Notes: a model not told the origin generated them from the sequence alone. A stretch of 64,000 bases of DNA from Octopus sinensis (GCF_006345805.1 NC_043009.1:18972001-19036000); one strand, 5' to 3'. Numbered from the stretch's first letter, positions 12,367 to 24,223 are shown. Program-made: numbers and translations.

Positions 12367-13572
12367 GTTGTGTACAGATGCACACGTTCGCATCAATACA
12401 GACATGCACATAAAACAATATTAGCGCGTCCAGATACCCACACATACCTACCCACATATGCAACTATATACATGCACATACCACCCCTTCCTACTTTCCC
12501 TCCAACAACCCGACCAATTTCCAGTTCACCATGCGTTATTTTCCAACTAGCTGTTGTCGCTGATATACCGATATACTAACATCAAACCACGACACCGCGT
12601 GACCTTCCTCAGCCATTCGCAGCCCACCTTACCGTAATAACAATCAACTACTTTCATTCAAATTCAAAAAGGCTGAAGACTTTCAATCACACTTGAAACT
12701 CAGAGTCCCAACAAATTTGAGTCAAACTGTTTTGATCCCTACATGTAATTCCCAGTAAATTGGTTGGGTGCCCGTCTTTCGTTTCTCCACTCTCTCGTAT
12801 ACACCAACACGCGCGCTCGTGTGTGTAATTCAGGAATTACAATGGAACATCGAAAATACAGTAACGAATCTATTCAGTCTTGATATGTTTTGGCTGGGTC
12901 GCTGGTGTACTTCGTCATTGGAGAACATTTCTTCTTATGTGTTCATTAAAGTTATTGATAAGACTGGCAGTACACTGATGTAATAAGTATCATGGGGATA
13001 TCAAACAATATGGGAATTAACTTTGATTTTCATTAATCCAAGATTAATAAAATACGTACAAGCAATCAATACGGACTGATTCAATCGCAAGCATGTCCCA
13101 CAACATTGAGAAACTCAGTTGCTGAACAGTTAAGAAGGTACCAGATGCAAAAACAAAAAAAAGCAAAAAAATTCACAAAACATCTCGTACAATGTCTATT
13201 CGCATATCCTGCGTATGTGTGGGAAAAATCATAAAATAATAAGACAAAGAAAATTAACAATATCACTGGAATCCGATGGTATGATATGAAAATCTAACAA
13301 AAATTCAGATTAACATATGAGTAGACTGTTGTCGCCAGATCTACAAAGATAAACGAGCGTTACGTGCTGTAGCAACATTTTTAATTAATAACAGAACGTA
13401 ACTTACACAAACTTATTTACATATAAATGTAGTAGAATTTTATGTAGGAATATATCTCCTCAAACACTTGACTGCATATCTTTATGCATACATATATTTA
13501 CGTTTTATATATATATACACACACAGACATATTATCAATCTATCTATCTATCTACCTATTTAGCAAGCTTGC

Positions 13573-13625
<53 letters not shown>

Positions 13626-13723
13626 ATGCTACCGAGTAAGACCACTTTCTAAACTGAGTAACGTGTTCTATGTGTACAAGAATTTCCTGTGCAGGAATTC
13701 GGTTGGAGTGGGTAAAGAGTTGC

Positions 13724-13881
13724 ACAAAATATATGCAGTTGAAAGAAGCAGTAAAAGACCGAATAGAGGTGGGAAGCGATGAAATCGAGGAGGTCAAGGA
13801 GTACGTCAGCTTAGGGCACACAGTGAATATGCACCGAGATATGGATGCTGAAATTTCAATGAGAATAAAGACAGGATTGAA
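13724..13881 (+). mobile_element. RTE-clade LINE RT fragment (inverted partner of 14398-14556)
   Basis: TKYMQLKEAVKDRIEVGSDEIEEVKEYVSLGHTVNMHRDMDAEISMRIKTGLK; near-identical reverse complement at 14398-14556. Confidence 0.85.
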
Positions 13882-14144
13882 GTGCCACTGGTTTTATAAC
13901 CAGTGGCACTTCAGGTTTTTTCTATGCGAATTTACCTTCTCCTGGAAGGAAGTTCTAAACGAGAACTAGGTGCCCTTCATTCCCAGTAATTCACATGCTA
14001 GCTAACCCATAACTGAGGCCCTAAAATGTCAGAGTAGATCTGAGAACAATAGTGGCTAAGGAGTGGTTCTACACTCCTCAAAACATTTGAACACCCATAC
14101 CAGGGCCCCACTGCCGGATGCCCTTTGCAGTAATACATAAGACA

Positions 14145-14170
14145 ATCTATCTGTCTATCTATCTATCTAC

Positions 14171-14263
<93 letters not shown>
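14145..14263. repeat. (CTAT)n microsatellite
   Basis: Directly visible. Confidence 0.95.
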
Positions 14264-14289
14264 CCTTTGCGTCGTAGCCAATTGATGTT

Positions 14290-14800
14290 CTTCCTCTTCG
14301 TAGTAGCTCACATCTCACTTGCGGTGCAACTGAAGAGCTTGGCACGTATGGTATTGTCTATCTTTGTTTGTAGCACATTTTTTATTGGAACAAATTCCTT
14401 CAATCCTGTCTTTATTCTCGTTGAAATTTCAGCATCCATATCTAGGTGCATATTCACTGTGAGCCCTAAGTTGAAGTACTCCTTGACCTCTTCGATTTCA
14501 TCGCTTCCCACCTCTATTCGGTCTTTTACTGCTTCTTTCAACTGCATATATTTTGTTTTCATGCAGATCGCTTTGAGGCTTACTGCTAAGCTATAAGTGT
14601 TCAGCTCTGTCAGCATGGTCTGAAGCTGGTCTGTAGTTTTAGCAATAACTATAATATCATCTGTGAATCGGAGGCGTGCTTGTTGTTCGCTTGTTGATAT
14701 TCACGCCTCCTGTCCAGTCTTGATGACCATTTCTAGACATGCATGCGGTAAAGAGCTTTGGAGAGATGATATCTTCTTGATTGACACCCTTCCTAATCAG
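14290..14800 (-). mobile_element. RTE-clade LINE RT fragment
   Basis: GVNQEDIISPKLF (GVRQGD.ISPKLF motif), decayed RF.DD, and KTKYM..EEVKEYFNLG..EISTRIKTG. Confidence 0.85.
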
Positions 14801-15460
14801 AACCCTTACTGGTGGTGATAATAAGGTTTGATGAATTGCACCTCGACAGAAACTGAGGAAACAAAGATCATGAGAAAAATGGCATCACAACAAGATGTTA
14901 ATATGAGGAGATAAAGAGCTGTGGAAAACTCAATCTCTGAGAGGGAGTAAAATACCCTCACTCTTTCCACGGTGAGGGTACTTTGCTTCATAGGAAGGGT
15001 GATACAAAGGATTTTTAAAAATATCGCACCATATGCTTCTTGTCTCAACTCTATAAGCTGTTTACAAAGGTCATATTGAAACCTCTCGACAACTAACGAC
15101 CAACAGAGCAAACAGGAACTTACATAACATCTATAAATCTCTGCTGAAGATTTATAAATGTTATGTAAGTAAAATTGCATATTACATTAATAATGAAACA
15201 ATTGTTCAGGGTTAATCTATGTTTTTTCGTTATATTTCACTTACCTTACGTTAAATGTAGTGGTATTTCTTCTTGGAAACAAGTTTTAGTGGCTATACCA
15301 GTAACGGACCTTTTTTCAGCACTAGAGTTAACCACATAGTGGTCACTCTCTCATATTTATGTATATACATATATATGTATATATGTATATATATGTGTGT
15401 ATATATATATGTATGTATGTATATATATAAACACTATTAAAAAGCAGCAAAAATATCACA

Positions 15461-15506
15461 AAAACTGTTGCTCAGAGTTTCACGTTTCCGTTCATCAGAC
15501 AGTTTT
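15461..15506 (-). ncRNA. Minimal type I hammerhead ribozyme motif with a non-canonical GCA triplet
   Basis: Minus strand AAAACTGT-CTGATGA-ACG-GAAA-CGT-GAAA-CTCTGAG-C-A-ACAGTTTT: 8-bp stem I, intact core, 3-bp stem II with a GAAA tetraloop, palindromic stem III. Position 16.1 is C rather than U. Confidence 0.75.
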
Positions 15507-15974
15507 GTTTAGAATGGAACAAATATAAGGTTATATGCATAAATATACAATTAGTTTGATAGATAGTCATTTGAAAATGGTTTTGTTAGCTTTATCCTTT
15601 CAACTAACGGTCTTTTTAATAACCGGTTGCATGCAATAACAATTGCGGTTTAAAATCATATTATTATAAAAATATTGTTACAGGCGAAAGAAAGAGAAGG
15701 AAAAATCAAATAATAATAAGTAGGGAGGGGGAGAAAGAAATCAGTGGAAAAGAAGAAAAAGAAATAAAAGAAAGAGAAATAGAAAATTAGAGAGAGAAAG
15801 GGAAAAGACAGATAGGGTAGAGAGAGTGTGAATTGATGGCGTTCGAAAAGTATCGAAGGAAGGTTAGGTACTGAGTTTAGCTTGTGAAACGAATATGTAA
15901 AATTACATGTATATCTACATAAATACAAACACACATACAAATACGCACACATATAGATATGCATACAAATATAC

Positions 15975-16410
15975 AAAAATTATGTGCGCAAATACATGCC
16001 CACATACCCCCCCCGCCAATGTCAACCCTGTATTACCCTGAAATACCACAAAGCTAATTTCAATAGAAACCCTAAATGTAGACTAATTAACACAGCTAAA
16101 ACTGAAATAAGCGTTATTAGTAAGTATATTTTAGATCGTATTTTAAGCAAGTTAAATAGTTTGATATTGTCGATTTTTACCCGTCAATATCTAGGCCTTT
16201 GCTTCTAAAGGCATTAGACTTCGCTAACCAGTATGTCACCATCGATAGCTCGGAAACAGATAATATTATCCTGCATGCAAGGAAATCCCTACTTTTTTAC
16301 GATGATTCCACCTAGGTCAAAAAGAGTGAAGATCTTCTTTTCGATGTACCGATGGGGGAATATGATGGAGCGGGGTTGTGTATGCTTATAGGAACTTATA
16401 TTTTGCATAA
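15975..16410 (+). mobile_element. Penelope-like RT fragment (CCHH-less, Hydra-like type)
   Basis: [37 protein letters not shown]; [43 protein letters not shown]. Internally deleted. Confidence 0.85.
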
Positions 16411-16729
16411 TCTGCATCTAGAATTCCTTTTCATATATACTACGTATATATATATATATTTTTTTATATATATAAAGTCAGGGTGCAATATGTACTTGTT
16501 TGCTTGAAAGAGGAGTAAAACTTCCCCAAACCACGTATCTCTCACTAATGTAAACATGCACGGAGAATGTAGTAAATACATTTAGAAAACTGGTCATTCC
16601 AATTTGTAAAACTAAAGATATGAGGGTAGATAACCCAGTATCAATTGATTTTGCCTTCTGTGCTGAATTGACACTGAAAGCTCATCAGCTCGGCTTACTA
16701 CGTAAAGTAGTTTTTTAAAATATATTTAC

Positions 16730-16769
16730 CTTCCCGTGCTAGTCTGTTCAGTTGAAGGCCCCGCGACTT
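16730..16769 (-). pseudogene. Candidate 40-nt exon of the same cryptic minus-strand gene
   Basis: TTCTTTAG|AAGTCGCGG...GGGAAG|GTAAAT. Read in phase 0 from the upstream exon it is open (KSRGLQLNRLARE-G). The intervening intron would be 137 nt. Confidence 0.4.
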
Positions 16770-16906
16770 CTAAAGAACATTAGCGAGCAAGTATAAATTC
16801 AAAATTCAAATAAGTTATCATCATCTTTTAAAACAAAAATGGTAAAGTGGTCAGTAAACATAATCCAAATATGAAAAATATATATTAAAAGTCAGGGTAT
16901 ATGTAC

Positions 16907-19000
16907 CTGTATGCAAGAAAGAAGAGTAAAACTCTCCATAACCACGTATCTCTCACTATATGTAAACACACATTGAAAATGTTCTTGATCTGGATTATCT
17001 TCCCACGAGGAATCGGCAAACTTCCCCTTGATTTCTTTTTCTTTTCCATTTACAGCCGAATAAAACACCGAGTCTTCCGGGTCTGGGGTTGAAGTATCTT
17101 GTTGCGATACGAGGGGCGTTCAATAAGTAATCCCCCTGACCCACTTGCAGTTGTTTGATCTAGCTGAAATATTATTTATATCTCCATCGATTAAGCGGCA
17201 AATTACAGCTCTGAACTGATTGTGGTTTCTGATTTACAGGTGTTTGAACTGAGTCAAGTGTGAAATGGAGCCTGTTGAGTGTCGAGCAGTGATCCGGTTT
17301 TTGTATTTGAAAGGACGCACACCACGGGAGACTTTTGATGAAATGAAAGTAACTTATGGTGATGATGCCCCATCATATGACCTTGTAAAACGCTGGCATC
17401 GTGAATTCAAACATGGTCGGAACTCTGTGGAAACAGCTCCCAGATCTAGTCGCCCCCATCTTCTGTCATTGATGAGGCATCTGTCCGTCAAGTTGAGGCT
17501 GCCATTTTGGAAGATCGACGCATAACTATTCGCCAAATAGCCCATCAGGTCAAGATTAGTACCGGGTCTGTGGAAACTATCATTCATGACCATTTGCATA
17601 TGCAAAAGGTGTCTGCCAGATGGATTCCCAGGCTGCTCACACCTTTCCAGAAGCAAGAACGCGTCAGAGACCAAAGCCCAGTCAATGCAGTGGAAGCACC
17701 ATAACTCACCTCCTCCAAAGAAGGCAAGGGTGTAGCTCTCCGCTGGCAAGGTCATGCTCACAGTCTTCTGGGACCAGGACGGAGTAGTGATGACAGATTT
17801 CCTGGCAAGGGTACCACAATTACAGGAGCCTATTATGCTTCACTTTTGAGGAAATTAAGAGAAGCTATCAAAATCATGAGGCGAGGCAAGATCAGAAAAG
17901 GCATCCTCCTCCTGCAGGACAACGCTCCGGTCCACAACTCGCGTGTCGCCAGATCAGAAGCACAGGCGTGCGGCTATGAACTCCTCCTGACCTTGCACCC
18001 TCTGATTTTCACCTCTTCCCAGCCATGAAGTTGTTTTTGAAAGGAAAGCGTTTCCCAGATGATGCAGCCTTGATTTCTGAAGTCACGTCGTGGTTGGAGG
18101 ACCAAGCTGGGGTCTTATACAAAAACGGTCTCCAGAGCTGCATCAAACGATGGGAGAAATGCGTAACTCTGGGTGGTTCCTATGTAGAAAAAGACTAATA
18201 ACTGTGCTAAATTTCGTTGCTCTACTGCTATGGGAAGTGGGTCAGGGGCATTACTTATTGAACGCCCCTCGTTATTCTTGACTTTCAGAAGAAATCTTTC
18301 GTAGACTCCAAGGTTTCGCTAAAAAGTTATTATCAGTTTGCGAACGCTGAGTTGACATAAATTGGTCATTTAAAGACGAACTAAAACGCGAAGTTTTTCT
18401 TTTCTCTTTCTAACATGGATTCAATAAAAGAATTGCTGCCAGATTTCTGAAGACAGGTAGGATTTTCCACAGAAGTTTCTTTAGCATCAGTACCGTCTTC
18501 ACTCTGTGAATCAGAATAATATCTTCTGTTTCTGACGACATCTCACTCGACCACCAATGAAAATCTGAATTAAAAGGCGTATAATTGGGAAAATTCATAT
18601 CAACTAAACTTTCATCGTTGTTTTCATAACTTAGTTCTTCGATGTCAGACTGTTTTTTATCAGTTGGTGATACAGAAGACTCTGTTTTATGTTTATTTAC
18701 GACGTCCATGACATGTCTTTCTGTGTTTGTAGCTGTCGTGTGGATAGACTTGTTCATTTTATTCGAATGAAAGCCAAACTTTTGCATGCAGTCCCGATTT
18801 TTACATCTTAATTCTAATTTTGTATCAGAGTCTAAATATTCTGAACATAGATCCGGTTTGTGTGTCGGTGTGGTTGTAGATTTATTAGTTTTGAAAAGTC
18901 TGTCTGATTTTGACAGTGTAAAGTCATTTTCCTCCGTCTTTGAACGGTTTGTTTGCGAATTAAAGATTTCTTTCAATGAATTTGAATTTAACTTAAATTC
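16907..19000 (-). pseudogene. Cryptic 930-nt host-like exon interrupted by a mariner; unknown Ser/Glu/Thr/Asn-rich protein
   Basis: Acceptor TTGATGTTCTTCAACAG| at 19001 is in frame with ORF 18410-18976. The frame continues after one TAG to 18274. Removing the mariner and one TA gives ..SQE-L-SQQDTS.., open to CAG|GTACAT at 16907. Length 727+203 = 930 nt, phase 0-0. Confidence 0.6.
17110..18271 (+). mobile_element. Mariner transposon (DD34D type) with both TIRs; transposase defective
   Basis: TIRs CGAGGGGCGTTCAATAAGTAAT.CCCCTGACCCACTT at both ends. TA at 17108-09; right TA altered to TT. Translation MEPVECRAVIRFLYLKG.., SARWIPRLL, LLQDNAPVH, LAPSDF. Frameshifted, and the first catalytic Asp region is deleted. 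Confidence 0.95.
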
Positions 19001-19034
19001 CTGTTGAAGAACATCAACAAAAACAGAAACTTAA

Positions 19035-22000
19035 GCCGCCTGTATCCTCCTCCCCTATTGCTCTTCGACAACAAAAATTGATCATTCCAGTCGAGGTACA
19101 TCAGCAGGAACAAAAGCCAACCATGCCCTCCTCTCCCGATACTTCTCAACTAAAGCAAGAATCGACCATCAGCACAGAAGTTGCGGAAATTAGACAAATG
19201 ATTTCTGCTTTAAGCCGTAAAATAGCAGGAATCAAAACCAGCGTCTGTGCGAAACCACACAGCGAGGGGTCGTATCGGAGTGCCTGCTCAGCAACTTACC
19301 CGTAGCTTGTACGGAACTTCGACGCATCGAAGAAGTCGCTGAATCAACCACTCATGAGGTAATTGCCATTGGAGTGCCAGAAGATGTGGTAGATCTGCAG
19401 GCATTTACTGGAAACACATCTAAGGACCTAAACTGTATTCCTCCAAAAAGTGCTTTCCGCCTTGGCCGACCAGGATCCAAACCCAGACTGATCAGGCTGA
19501 TGTTTTCAAACTCTAGTGAGGCGCGGGCATACCATCTGGCTGCTGATAGGGCTCGGCGCGAAAACAGAATCATCTTTAGGACACGTCCTGGCCTACCACC
19601 TGGTGTACGCCCAAAGCTAAGGTCTGTAGCTTCCCTAAATCGCAACTCTGTGACACAGGAAAACTTTAGCCTACGCAATGATGAGCAAATATGGAAATTT
19701 ATCAAGTCTGGTGAGTCGTGGATAAGGGATATCAGTTGGACTGAGCAAACTGCACCCACAACAACAACTGGCAATACAAAAATCTTGGGAAACTATCCAA
19801 GAACAATCAGCCATCCCCTGTATATCATCGCCATCTGAAATCCAGATACAAACTGCTGTCCTTGAATGCCAGTAGATTATGCAACAAGGTACATCATTTT
19901 GACTCTTACGTCAAAAGTATCGACCCAGATTTCATCACAGTCACGGAAACATGGGCAAATTCTGCACTCGGTGATGGGGTTTTCAGCATAGCCGGCTACA
20001 ACCTGTTCCGTAAAGACCACATTAATCGCCGTGGAGGGAGTGTGATGGTTTATGTTCGATCAAATCTATCAGCAATTCCTTGTGATGATTTGAACCAATC
20101 TCAGCAGGAAGTATTTTTCTGCAATATACACATGACCATGTCAACACTTCTGCTTGGAGTTGTTTACCGCCCCTCCCCACAAAATTATCGTCAAGACATA
20201 CAACTTTTTGATATCCTCAGAGCTGCTGCCATGAAAACAGCCACTTATGTTTATATTGCGGGGGACTTCAATTTCCCTGAGGTTGACTGGGAGGCCGCAA
20301 AGTGCAGACGATTTCCTTCGAACTGGTGCTGAATTCAAATTGGTCCCAAGTCGTTACCTCCCCCACAAGGGGTAACAACACTTTGGATCTGCTATTTACC
20401 GCTTCTCCTGAAACAATTATTAGTGTCACTACTGAAGAACCTATAGGTGATTCTGATCATTCCATGATCATGGCCGACTTGTCTCTGATTGGCTGTAACA
20501 AAAACTACAACCACCTTCAAACTACCCGCTTTGACTGGAATAAAGCAGACTGGAGCTCTTATTGTACTCAGCTGCGACGCCCAAACTGGTTCGAATTTTA
20601 TGCCTCTGGAGAGGCATAAAATACTATACTTTAGAACATTCTGAATTCAATATGGGCGGCATGTGCAGCATCAGTACCACGCAAGCACAAAAAACCACCC
20701 AATAGTGCAATTTGGGATACTGCAGCGGTCCGACTTGCCAGGAAAGAACGCCGTAATGCTGAACAGGAATACAAATTGCACAAATCAGAGATCAACAGGA
20801 AAAAGCGCGATAGATCAGCCAACCACCTCAAGCAGGTGACAAAAAAGGCAGTGCTTGAATTCGAACAACGCATAGCAACCAACCCTGACAGCAAGTGTTC
20901 TGGAAGTATGTACACTCAAAGCAGAGACCTCACTCTCCAGTTGGTCCCTTTCGCAATCCCCACCCAGGGCAGAATACTGACAATCTCAAAGAATGTGCAG
21001 AAATCATTGCTGGATGCTATGCCGGCATCTTTACTGTCGAAGACCAAAATGTTCCATCTTCATCACCACTGACATCGGACTCTATATCTACTATGCAATT
21101 TACACCAGCAATGCTACAACGCCACCTTAAGAATAAACGTAACTATGCCTCTCCTGGTCTCGATGGTGTTACATACCTACTTCTCAAACGCGGTGGGTAC
21201 TTTCTTCTAAACCAACTTTCACTATTCTTCCAATTCTGTCTTGACAATGGTGTTACTCCAGAGCAGTGGAAAACTGCCAGTGTTATCCCTCTGTTAAAAA
21301 AAGGGGACCGCACATCGCCTGTCAACTATCGCCCCGTCAGTCTTACTAGCTGCATCGCCAAACTGATGGAATCCTGTGTCAGGGAAACCCTCTGGAACTT
21401 CTGGAAGTCTCACAGCCTCGTCCAGCCGTCACAATTTGATTTTATTCCTAACTCCAGCTGCCGTAATCAACTCATCGAGTTTCTTGAGGACATTACCCAA
21501 ATCACTGATCGTGGATCCTGGGTGGATGTTGTTTACCTGGACTTTGCTAAGGCTTTTAACTCTGTGCCACACAAAAGACTTATAGCGAAACTTTCTGCGT
21601 TGGGTGTAAGAGACAATCTCTATAACTGGTTGAAGTCCTTTATTATCGGCCGAAAGGAGGTTGTCACAGTTCTAGGACAGCACTCTTCACCCTATGAGAT
21701 GACATCTGGTGTCCCACAGGGATCTGTTCTTGGCCCCCTTTTATTTGTTGCATATGTTAATGACATAGATGCCAACTTAAAGAATGCCACAGTGCTGAAA
21801 TATGCAGATGACATCAAGCTGTACCTCGAAATAAAGAGGTCAGATCCTGTACACTATAGATCTCTATTGCAATCAGACCTGGACACAATGCAGCAGTGGA
21901 TCATGGACTGGCAACTCAAGTTGGCTGTGGACAAATGTACCACCATGCATTTTGGGAGGAAAAACCCAGCGTCCACTTACTCCCTCCACAACACTAATCT

Positions 22001-22770
22001 CAAAAAGTCTTTGTGTGAACGTGACCTGGGCATTATTGTCGATAGCGATTTGTGTTGGACAAAACACATCGCTAAAATTGCCAAGAAGGCTGAGGGTGTC
22101 TTGGCATCATTCACCAATTCCTTTGTGAGCCGCTCTCCGGCTATCTATCTGCGGCTTTACATATCTATGGTACGACCTCACTTGGAATTTGCATCACCGG
22201 TCTGGAACCCCTATCTTGCCCGGGATATTAATCGTCTGGAAGCCGTCCAGCGACGTGCAACCAAGAGAATACCCTCCATCAGGCATCTGCTATATTCTGA
22301 ACGTCTTACTTCCCTGGGCATGGACACATTGAAACTCCGACGTCTGGCAGCTGACTTGGCAGACACCCATAAAACTATTAACCATCTTACAAACAATAAC
22401 TCTGAGCACCTTTTCAAACTCCACCTGTCTAACACCCGTGGACATGTTTACAAAGTCAGAAAACAGCACAGCTCCCATGACTTTCGGAAACATTTTTTCA
22501 CGCTAAGTGTTGCTGAATCATGGAACAGACTGCCGGCATCAGTTGTTAGTTGTCGGAGCACTGCATCCTTCAAAATGTCCATGCTTCCTGAGATTCGCCA
22601 ACACTACACCTGATTTTCTCCCCTCCATACACACGCAAGCATGTATCTGACTCATACACTGTTCGCTTTCCAGACATTTGTACATTACTGCATATACTTT
22701 ATACGCACTTTTTCCCAAGTTGTGGGGCACCTGAGCACTGTATACAATAATTTCATTATTATTATCATAT
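19035..22770 (+). mobile_element. CR1-group LINE, near full length (partial ORF1, APE endonuclease, RT) with a few disabling mutations
   Basis: ORF1-like AFRLGRPGSKPRLIRL; APE LNA..,VTETW, GVVYRP, AGDFNFP, NTLDLL, SDH; RT NYRPVSLTS, YLDFAKAF, GVPQGSVLGPLLF, KYADD; CR1-type C-terminus NTRGHVYK..SWNRLP. An (ATT)-rich tail leads into (CTAT)n. Confidence 0.95.
20895..22613 (+). CDS. CR1-group ORF2 reverse transcriptase segment, 572 codons uninterrupted
   Basis: ORF track plus the RT motifs listed above; separated from the endonuclease part by frameshifts and a stop. Confidence 0.9.
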   Translation: MFWKYVHSKQRPHSPVGPFRNPHPGQNTDNLKECAEIIAGCYAGIFTVEDQNVPSSSPLTSDSISTMQFTPAMLQRHLKNKRNYASPGLDGVTYLLLKRGGYFLLNQLSLFFQFCLDNGVTPEQWKTASVIPLLKKGDRTSPVNYRPVSLTSCIAKLMESCVRETLWNFWKSHSLVQPSQFDFIPNSSCRNQLIEFLEDITQITDRGSWVDVVYLDFAKAFNSVPHKRLIAKLSALGVRDNLYNWLKSFIIGRKEVVTVLGQHSSPYEMTSGVPQGSVLGPLLFVAYVNDIDANLKNATVLKYADDIKLYLEIKRSDPVHYRSLLQSDLDTMQQWIMDWQLKLAVDKCTTMHFGRKNPASTYSLHNTNLKKSLCERDLGIIVDSDLCWTKHIAKIAKKAEGVLASFTNSFVSRSPAIYLRLYISMVRPHLEFASPVWNPYLARDINRLEAVQRRATKRIPSIRHLLYSERLTSLGMDTLKLRRLAADLADTHKTINHLTNNNSEHLFKLHLSNTRGHVYKVRKQHSSHDFRKHFFTLSVAESWNRLPASVVSCRSTASFKMSMLPEIRQHYT

Positions 22771-22778
22771 GTATAGCA

Positions 22779-22779
<1 letters not shown>

Positions 22780-22875
<96 letters not shown>

Positions 22876-22975
22876 CCTACCTACCTACCTACCTACCTGC
22901 CTATCTACCTACATGCATACATACATACATACATACATACATACATACATACATACATACATGCATACATACATA
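22780..22975. repeat. (CTAT)n-(CTAC)n-(ATAC)n compound microsatellite
   Basis: Directly visible at the LINE 3' end. Confidence 0.95.
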
Positions 22976-23442
22976 TATGGGATAAAATTTTTAAAAAAGG
23001 CGAAAATGAGGTAAATAAAAATAGGGTTGACGCTCATGAAAATTGGAAGAAGTCTTTAACGTTTCAAGTATACGCTCTTGTACAGAAAAGATAGGCGAGG
23101 AGAGAAAAAGATAGAGAATATATATATATATATATATATGGTAAAAGATATAAAAGCACCATAGCTACTCAATATTTCCTCTTATCGGACTCCTAGGAGC
23201 TCTTCTGGTTCTTTGGCAGTCGGAGAACATACAGAAGAGAGATAACTTGATAATGGATAGAAAATTGTTGTCATGGAAACAATATGGGTACCATGGAAAC
23301 AACGAGGTTGTCATGCAACTCAATTTATTTTATCGGTTACTTTTTGCCGAACAGCTTTGTTACAGGGACGTAAACATATCGACATAGGTTGTCAAGTGGA
23401 AATGGGGAGCAAACACAGACACGAAGTTACACACACACACAC

Positions 23443-23490
<48 letters not shown>

Positions 23491-23580
23491 ACACACACAC
23501 ATTTACATGTGTGTATATGTATATATAAATATATATATGTTTGTGTTTACGTGTAAATATACATGTACATACATAAAGTA

Positions 23581-23873
23581 AAGGCTATTTGCATTATGTG
23601 GCTGTCCTGGAAGGGACAAATGTTACGTTTCCCGCTGGCTATACGATACAATATCCGGGTCCTTTTTTCCAACATTGCCCCCTAGCCAAGCAGCTACTCT
23701 GTGTTGATAAGGAGCAATAAGCCAGAAACCTGTCCACAGATGTCTTGTGCTGGATGGGAATGCTGGATTCCCTGTTCGAAAATATAAGGACACGGATATT
23801 GTGTCATATAGAGGCTAAACAACAGTAAATTTGTCCCTTCCAGGACAACCACATTATGTTGGCAAATAGCCTT
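23581..23873. mobile_element. MITE, ~293 bp with ~40-bp TIRs, probably TA-flanked
   Basis: AAGGCTATTTGCATTATGTGGCTGTCCTGGAAGGGACAAAT ... ATTTGTCCCTTCCAGGACAACCACATTATGTTGGCAAATAGCCTT, with TA on both flanks and no ORF. Confidence 0.75.
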
Positions 23874-23952
23874 TACTTTAAAGAACTGTTACTGGATATC
23901 TCTTTTCGAGAGATTTTTAAATAATAATATTTCTCTCTCTCTCTCTCTCTCG

Positions 23953-24035
<83 letters not shown>

Positions 24036-24040
24036 CATAT

Positions 24041-24223
24041 ATAAGCAGGAAATGGAGAAAACTTTTGATCAACAAACAAATTGACCAACATCGGTTGATT
24101 ATTTTTAATACAAAACATAACATTATGTTATGAAATCTTGTGTCATGTTTCGTATTAAAAAATAATCAACCGATGTTGGTCAATTTGTTTGTTGATCAAA
24201 AGTTTTCTCCATTTTCTGCTTAT
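24041..24223. repeat. Fold-back inverted repeat (78-bp arms, 27-nt loop)
   Basis: 24041-24118 is the near-perfect reverse complement of 24146-24223. Confidence 0.9.
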
